A stretch of 64,000 nucleotides of DNA from an uncultured Verrucomicrobiae bacterium. GTDB lineage: Bacteria; Chlamydiota; Chlamydiia; Chlamydiales; JAFEGQ01. Location of the stretch: NCBI GenBank assembly GCA_963739345.1, contig CAVUAA010000002.1, forward strand, positions 397,378 through 461,377. Reading direction: 5' to 3'. A model generated the notes under the pieces. The model did no database searches, had not been told where the DNA came from, and worked only from the letters and a program-made list of their open reading frames with translations. The position numbers were made by a program, and so were the translations under genes. This document shows positions 58,217 to 64,000 of this stretch, one piece after another. Position 1 is the stretch's first letter; each line of letters begins with the position of its first letter.

Positions 58217-58259
58217 CAGGCATCACCAAAATCGATTTTTCTTGTTTTGGTGATGCCTG
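58217..58259. repeat. 15-bp perfect inverted repeat upstream of ATPase C
   Basis: CAGGCATCACCAAAA-N13-TTTTGGTGATGCCTG. Confidence 0.88.
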
Positions 58260-58280
58260 CAGGGTAGAATGGGGGGGGAA

Positions 58281-59717
58281 ATGGGAACACGATTTTACGG
58301 ACGAGAGCGGGAATTGGAGATATTGAGCGAGCTGCTTGAGAAGCAGGTCGCCAGCTTGGTTGTGCTTAAAGGACGACGGCGAATTGGCAAGAGCCGATTG
58401 ATGGAGGAGTTTGGGCAACAGCTCAAAACTCTAACGTTTGAGGGGATCCCCCCCAAAGATGACAAGGTGACCGCCCAGGATCAGCGCAATCACATGGCTA
58501 ACGAGATGAATCGTGAACTGGGTTTACGGGGGATCAAAGCGGACGATTGGGACGATCTCCTTTGGCATCTGGCACAGCAGACTCAAGAGGGGCGTGTGCT
58601 TATCATCTTTGATGAGATTAACTGGATGGGATCGGCTGATCCTACGTTTTTGGGCAAACTCAAGACGGCTTGGGACAAGTACCTTAAGAAGAACCCGAAG
58701 CTGATCATGATTCTCAGTGGCTCCATGTCAGGTTGGATTGAGCGGAATATTCTTAGTAGTACAGGATTTCTCGGACGGGTGTCGATTGATATGACGTTGG
58801 AGGAGCTCCCCCTCCATCAGTGCGACCAGTTTTGGGGGAGAGCGAGAGAGACGACGTCGGCAATAGAAAAATTTAAGATCCTTTCGGTGACCGGAGGCGT
58901 GCCCCGCTATCTCGAAGAGATCGATCCTAAGCGGACGGCAGAGGAGAACATCTTTAGGCTCTGCTTCAGAAAAGAAGCGCTCCTCTTCAACGAGTTTGCG
59001 CGGATCTTCTCCGATCTTTTTTCTCAGCGGGCTAAGACCTATCAGAAAATTGTGACCCGGCTGGCGATGGGGAGTGCGACCGTCGAAGAGGTATGTGATT
59101 TTGTGGGTGTGAAGAAGGGAGGGCTAATTAGCGGATACCTGCTCGACCTAGAAGAGACGCAGTACGTTGCGCGGGACTACAGCTGGAGTATTAAGTCAGG
59201 CAGACGGGTCAACATCAGTCGGCACCGACTCAAAGACAATTATCTCCGCTTTTATCTGCGCTACATCCTGCCCAATGTTGAAGCGATAAAAAAGCAGCGT
59301 ATGAAAAAACCGCCGGCGTGGGATGCAATCATGGGCCTGCAGTTTGAGAACCTCGTCGCGAATAACTTCCGTAGTCTCTACAGCACGCTCGGCATTCCAC
59401 CCGAATCGGTGGTGCACGACGGACCCTATTTTCAGCGGAAGACAAAAGTGCATCCGGGGTGTCAAATCGACTACCTGATCCAGACTGAGTACAACAATCT
59501 CTACCTATGCGAGATGAAATTTTCGGCAAAGCCGATCGGTCCGAAAGTGATTTCACAGGTGCAAGATGCAATTGAGCGTCTCCACCTTCCAGGCGGCCGT
59601 TTTTCCTACCGCCCAGTGTTGATCCACGCCAACGGCGTGAGCGATGCCGTTCGGAACAGTGACTTTTTCACTCACATTGTTGATTTCGGTGACTTGTTGA
59701 AAGGGGAAGGATCATGA
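58281..59717 (+). CDS. ATPase-wHTH-PD-(D/E)XK nuclease, paralogue C (alternative start 58269)
   Basis: FYGRERE, GRRRIGKS, IIFDEI, GGVPRYL, QIDYL...CEMK. Confidence 0.88.
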   Translation: MGTRFYGRERELEILSELLEKQVASLVVLKGRRRIGKSRLMEEFGQQLKTLTFEGIPPKDDKVTAQDQRNHMANEMNRELGLRGIKADDWDDLLWHLAQQTQEGRVLIIFDEINWMGSADPTFLGKLKTAWDKYLKKNPKLIMILSGSMSGWIERNILSSTGFLGRVSIDMTLEELPLHQCDQFWGRARETTSAIEKFKILSVTGGVPRYLEEIDPKRTAEENIFRLCFRKEALLFNEFARIFSDLFSQRAKTYQKIVTRLAMGSATVEEVCDFVGVKKGGLISGYLLDLEETQYVARDYSWSIKSGRRVNISRHRLKDNYLRFYLRYILPNVEAIKKQRMKKPPAWDAIMGLQFENLVANNFRSLYSTLGIPPESVVHDGPYFQRKTKVHPGCQIDYLIQTEYNNLYLCEMKFSAKPIGPKVISQVQDAIERLHLPGGRFSYRPVLIHANGVSDAVRNSDFFTHIVDFGDLLKGEGS

Positions 59718-59989
59718 CGTTGTTGTGTTGGAAATGTGATGCAGAGTTGGATTTGCCTGGAACAGTGCCGTTTCGAGCGGTGTGTGAGCGTTGCGGGTCT
59801 TATCTGCATGTGTGCGTGGCATGCGTTAACTATCAGCCGGGGCTTCGCAATGATTGCCGAATCCCTGAGACCGATCCAATTACCGATCGGGACGGATTTA
59901 ACTTTTGCGAGTGGTTTAAGCCAGGAGGAGAGAAGAAAAAGTCGGAGTCAGCAGAGGATGTGGCTAAGCGACTATTTGGCGAGGAGTGA
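59714..59989 (+). CDS. Small Cys-rich putative metal-binding protein
   Basis: CWKC, CERC, HVCVAC, C, NFCEWF; ATGA overlap with ATPase C. Confidence 0.75.
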   Translation: MTLLCWKCDAELDLPGTVPFRAVCERCGSYLHVCVACVNYQPGLRNDCRIPETDPITDRDGFNFCEWFKPGGEKKKSESAEDVAKRLFGEE

Positions 59990-60454
59990 GCGGATCCGCT
60001 CCTCTAAAACAGCCGGGACAAAAAGCTCTAAGTTTTGATTGCAGGCGCCAATCTCCCGAATGAGGGTGGAGCTGATGTGGGCGGTTTCTGGACTGGCCGG
60101 AAGGAGGAGGGTCTCGATCCCACTCAGCTTTCGGTTGGCGGCGGCCATCTGGTGCTCATAGGTAAGATCGGCGGAAGAGCGGACACCACGGATAAGAAAC
60201 TCGGCCTCTTTTTCTTTAGCCAGGTCGACAGCGAGCCCTTTGAATGGGACCACCTCGACATTGCTTAGGTGGGCAGTTGCTTCCTTAAGAAAAGCAACCC
60301 GTTGGCTTAGAGAGAGGAGGGAGGTGAGTTTGTGGTTGATCCGAGCTACTCCCACCGTCAGGTAGGCTGAGAAGGCTGCGGCTCGTTCGATCAGCTCAAG
60401 GTGGCCGAGTGAGGGGGGGTCAAAGGTGCCGGTGAAGAGGGTTCTTTTTGTCAT
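59972..60454 (-). CDS. coaD: Phosphopantetheine adenylyltransferase
   Basis: GTFDPPSLGH, IRGVR, ISSTLIRE motifs. Confidence 0.94.
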   Translation of the reverse strand: MTKRTLFTGTFDPPSLGHLELIERAAAFSAYLTVGVARINHKLTSLLSLSQRVAFLKEATAHLSNVEVVPFKGLAVDLAKEKEAEFLIRGVRSSADLTYEHQMAAANRKLSGIETLLLPASPETAHISSTLIREIGACNQNLELFVPAVLEERIRSLLAK

Positions 60455-60980
60455 ATTGGTAGAGGAGGGAGTCTCCGTATTGACGCCTGGCACGGAGCGT
60501 CAGTGTTTGAGCTTCTAGTGGGTCTGCTTTGCCTCCCTCTTCGATAAAGAGGTGGCCATTAGAATTCAAGAGAGAAGAGTTGTCGATTAGGTCGAGAGCA
60601 TGCTGACCTAGGAGTTTGCCATAGGGAGGGTCGGCGAAGATGAGATCGTAGGAGTGGCCGTCGCTGGCGAGTGCTTTGAGGGCGTCCTGGCACTTTAGCG
60701 TAGTTCTATTGTGAGCGCTGAGGAGGGCGATGTTTTCGCGCAGGACTTTGAGGGCGGCGCGTGACTGCTCGACGAAGGTGACGTGTGCAGCGCCCCGGCT
60801 GAGCGCTTCGAGACCGACGGCGCCGGTGCCGGCGAACAGGTCGAGGACGGTAAAATCTGTGATGTCACCGAGGATGTTAAAGAGCGCCTCGCGGAGCTGT
60901 CCGGAGGTTGGCCGTGTGACGCTGGCGGGTGTCTTGAGCCGCCGCCCTTTGAATTCGCCGCCAATAATTTTCATTCCCAT
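60420..60980 (-). CDS. rsmD: 16S rRNA m2G966 methyltransferase
   Basis: IIGGEFKGR, TRPT, LDLFAGTG, EALSRGA, DPPY. Confidence 0.95.
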   Translation of the reverse strand: MGMKIIGGEFKGRRLKTPASVTRPTSGQLREALFNILGDITDFTVLDLFAGTGAVGLEALSRGAAHVTFVEQSRAALKVLRENIALLSAHNRTTLKCQDALKALASDGHSYDLIFADPPYGKLLGQHALDLIDNSSLLNSNGHLFIEEGGKADPLEAQTLTLRARRQYGDSLLYQYDKKNPLHRHL

Positions 60981-61011
60981 GTTCGGAGGATTGTACTAGA
61001 ATCTCCCGCAT

Positions 61012-61941
61012 ATGGCGATCATCATGATGCTGATAGCCGCCGGACTCGCTTCGACGGCCAACTTCTTCATGCGCCGCAGCATTGATGCTGGCGGTTCGAC
61101 CCGGGCCTATTTGGTGGTCCAGCTTTTCATTTCATTTCTAGTTGCGATCTGCCTGGGTCCGGTGCGGACGGGTGAATATGGTGCAACGATGAGCTCGATT
61201 CTGTTGGGGCTCGGAGCGGGAGTCTTGTTGGGAAGCATGATGTGGTCGCTCGGTCGCTCATTAGAGAAGGGGCCAGCCGGCTTGACGTTTGCCTTTCTCA
61301 ACTCGGCGACGGTGATGCCGGCGATTGTGCTGGCCATCTTGTTTGGGACGGCGTTTGGCCATCTCTACAATGTGTGGAATGGGCTTGGCTCTGCGCTGGT
61401 TGTTGGCGGTCTTTTTTGGGCCGGCTGGCAGACGAAGACGGAGGGAAGTAAGTCGCAGTGGGCAGTGGTTGTTGTGTTGGCTTTCCTTTTCCACGCTGCA
61501 CTTTTAGTCATGTTGCAATGGCGAGCGCTTCTGTTGCAGCCCGATCTTCAGCATCCGTTGTTGCCGTTTCATCTCGACCCTTCGAGGGCGCAGTGGTCGT
61601 TGCCGATGATTTTCTTTGCAGCGGTGGCGATTCAGTTGGTGAGCTATCTGCACATGGAGAAGCGGTGGCCCAATGCGAGCGAGGTGCTCTATGGTGTGAT
61701 GGGGGGGCTGGTGCAGGCGGGCGCGACCTTCTTCCTGCTGACCGCACCGGAGGTGGCGACGCCGGTCGAAAATGCGATGATTTTCCCCATCTTTGCGGTG
61801 ACGGTTATTTTCTTGACCAATCTTTGGTCACAGGCGCTCTACAAAGAGAAGATCAACTGGCTAGCCAATTCTCTTTGTCTTGCGGGTATTGCGGTCGGCA
61901 CGATTAATTGGTCGTCTATCGTTCAAACGCTAGGGCGGTAG
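61012..61941 (+). CDS. DMT/EamA-like membrane transporter
   Basis: ~10 TM segments in two similar halves. Confidence 0.7.
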   Translation: MAIIMMLIAAGLASTANFFMRRSIDAGGSTRAYLVVQLFISFLVAICLGPVRTGEYGATMSSILLGLGAGVLLGSMMWSLGRSLEKGPAGLTFAFLNSATVMPAIVLAILFGTAFGHLYNVWNGLGSALVVGGLFWAGWQTKTEGSKSQWAVVVVLAFLFHAALLVMLQWRALLLQPDLQHPLLPFHLDPSRAQWSLPMIFFAAVAIQLVSYLHMEKRWPNASEVLYGVMGGLVQAGATFFLLTAPEVATPVENAMIFPIFAVTVIFLTNLWSQALYKEKINWLANSLCLAGIAVGTINWSSIVQTLGR

Positions 61942-62911
61942 GAAGGGTGGCTCCGTAGAAGGCCATTAGGTCGTCGGCCTTGGGATAGCGCTGGCTCTTG
62001 AGTGCCTCGTAGATTTCTAGCCCTTTGGCGTTTAAACCTTGTTGGAAGTAGCGGATGCCTAGCTTGAACTGAGTCTTGGTGTTGCCCGGTTGGAGGCGGA
62101 GGATCTCTTCGTATTCTCTGATCTCTTGGGCGGGCATTTGTAGATCATGGTAGGAGTAGGCGAGCTGTTGGTGGACCCACGGATTGTTGGGGGCAAACGA
62201 CTTGAGGATGTTGAGCTCTTCGACGGCTCGCTCAGCGGTGGCGCGAAATCTCTCTTGCAACTCTTCTGAGTTTCTTCCAGGTGGCATCCACTCCTCTTGT
62301 CGATTGTCGACGTAGAGGCAGGAGAGCATGACGTAGGCGTTGGCGAGGGCGGCGTGAATTTCGAGTGTAGTGGGTTGGCACTTGACCAGCTTGAGATATT
62401 CGTCGACGGCAAAGAGAAGGAGGAGCTCCCGCATCATGAGGACATCCCGCCAGTGGAGGAGGGTACTTAATTTAGTTAGGCTGGGTCTAAAGAGAGTCCG
62501 CTCCTCATCTTGGAGAGAGGAGGAGAGGCGGCAGGCGGCGTTGGCGAGGGCGAGGTGGTGGTCGGCGATTCCCTCTTGATAGTTGAGTAGCGACTGGCAC
62601 GATTGAATGTAGAGGTCGCGAAGGGTACTCAGCTGCTCTGGCTTTTTCGCCTGTATATAGAGGCGGAGGGCGAAGTAGGAGAAGGCGGTAAGAAAGAGGG
62701 TGGCGAGGAGGAGGGCGAGGGCTGAGGACTCGGCGAAGTTGAACAGCATGACGAGCAGGAGGGCCACCTCGCCGGCTGCTAAGAAAAAAAAGAGAGTATG
62801 AAAGAGAGCGTAGCGGCGGAGCGTCCGACGGAACCGTCCGAGCACGGTGTCGCACAGCTTTCCGGTCTTTTCTTTGTACGCTTGTGGGTTGACCGCGGCA
62901 AATGTCGTCAT
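61916..62911 (-). CDS. Membrane-anchored TPR protein
   Basis: Two N-terminal TMs, C-terminal TPR-like helices. Confidence 0.7.
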   Translation of the reverse strand: MTTFAAVNPQAYKEKTGKLCDTVLGRFRRTLRRYALFHTLFFFLAAGEVALLLVMLFNFAESSALALLLATLFLTAFSYFALRLYIQAKKPEQLSTLRDLYIQSCQSLLNYQEGIADHHLALANAACRLSSSLQDEERTLFRPSLTKLSTLLHWRDVLMMRELLLLFAVDEYLKLVKCQPTTLEIHAALANAYVMLSCLYVDNRQEEWMPPGRNSEELQERFRATAERAVEELNILKSFAPNNPWVHQQLAYSYHDLQMPAQEIREYEEILRLQPGNTKTQFKLGIRYFQQGLNAKGLEIYEALKSQRYPKADDLMAFYGATLPTALAFER

Positions 62912-62926
62912 GCCTGCAGTATAGAT

Positions 62927-63931
62927 CTATTCCGCTTTCTTGAGGATACGCTCGAGAGCGGCCTCCTCTTTATCCTGTCGGTGTTCCTCGGCATTCTTGA
63001 TTAAGGCGACGCCACCGGCGGCTATGCCGGTTGCTGCGGTGAGGACCGCGGCAAAGCTTAGGAAGTCTGTTTTGATTGCTGTGCCAAAAACCCTACGGAA
63101 GGAGGCGCTGTCAAAGCCCCACAGCTGCATGGCAAATAGCATGATACCTGCAGCAATGGCGAGTGTGCCGACGGCCTTTTTGACCATGGCTTTCTGCTCA
63201 TACTCGGGCTCTTTGAGTTTAAGCTTTTTCACCTTTTTGCGAAGGGTCTCGATTCGTTCATCCTGCGCTGCAATGTCCTCTTCGTCGCGACCCAATCCAA
63301 TTGCTAACGCGCCACTGCCAGAGACGACGACGCCCGAGAGGCCCAGTGTCGCAATGTTCGATAGGGAGAGGGGTGTGTAGCCGTTGCCAATAGAGATCCC
63401 TTTGACCCCAAAGCCGTAGCGGGCGATCAAGGCTGCGAGAGCGGTGAGGACGATAAGGCCACCGCCGACGATCGTTACCTTAGTAAACCTGTCAGGGGCG
63501 AGGCGGCCCCGTCGCTTCTTGAGTGTGCGGGGTTCTTCACCCTGCTCTAGTTTTTTAGGAATGGGCGTCTTACCGTTTCGTTTTCGGTCGCTGAGGAACT
63601 GATTAACGAGAGCGGCGGAGTGGGAGAGGATACCAACGGCTGGGACGAGGGAGACGGCGCGCATGCTCAGCGCGGTTGAGCCGCCTCCGTTGAAGAAGCG
63701 TGCCATTTGGTAGCCGAAGAGTGCGATCATGGCCACTCCGCCTATTAGGGCGACCGCCTTCCAAGCTTGTTCGTGCTTTGAATCGGTCAGAGGCTTGATC
63801 ACCGGCTCGGCTTTTTTGGCTCCGGTGGAATTGCTAGGAGCTTTCTGTTCTTGTTGCCGGATGAGGGTGGCCTCTTCGCGGAACTGTAGCCCTTTGAGGA
63901 CGGCGAGGGAAGAGAATGAGGCGAGCATCAC
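62927..63931 (-). CDS. Hypothetical protein with repeated hydrophobic hairpins (Inc-like); start uncertain
   Basis: Three paired-TM blocks separated by charged/coiled linkers. Confidence 0.6.
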   Translation of the reverse strand: MMLASFSSLAVLKGLQFREEATLIRQQEQKAPSNSTGAKKAEPVIKPLTDSKHEQAWKAVALIGGVAMIALFGYQMARFFNGGGSTALSMRAVSLVPAVGILSHSAALVNQFLSDRKRNGKTPIPKKLEQGEEPRTLKKRRGRLAPDRFTKVTIVGGGLIVLTALAALIARYGFGVKGISIGNGYTPLSLSNIATLGLSGVVVSGSGALAIGLGRDEEDIAAQDERIETLRKKVKKLKLKEPEYEQKAMVKKAVGTLAIAAGIMLFAMQLWGFDSASFRRVFGTAIKTDFLSFAAVLTAATGIAAGGVALIKNAEEHRQDKEEAALERILKKAE

Positions 63932-64000
63932 CGGATAGGTGATGGGGATCTTTATCCCCAGAATTTGCCCTGTGGTAAAATGGAGAATCAGGGCGGTGGC

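Overview
Chromosomal window from a member of the Chlamydiae, probably an environmental (non-Chlamydiaceae) lineage. The basis is the chlamydial gene order CT556-like/lpdA/lipA/sctJ-K-L-R-S-T, a chlamydial-type PBP2, and a eukaryote-type UDP-sugar pyrophosphorylase near gpsA. The core backbone holds rpsB-tsf-pyrH-frr, tRNA-Gly, sufBCD/sufS, T3SS genes, secA, psd, mnmE, nth, ruvCA, LPS/sugar genes, coaD and rsmD. It is interrupted by accessory genes: Fic, HicAB, ankyrin and F-box effector candidates, a truncated kinase, Inc-like proteins and four ATPase-nuclease genes. Most notable: (1) each ATPase-nuclease gene has its own palindromic element just upstream (55-bp period in two of them), next to a shared IHF-like motif, and one gene is also flanked by a downstream copy of its palindrome arm; (2) a ~162-bp MITE-like family with 5 copies, one disrupting pgeF and one supplying the sufD start codon; (3) kb-scale C-rich to G-rich skew switches that appear centred on the accessory/palindrome sites. 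Several frameshifts at homopolymers suggest indel errors in the assembly, so pseudogene calls are provisional. All calls come from reading the sequence; no searches were run.
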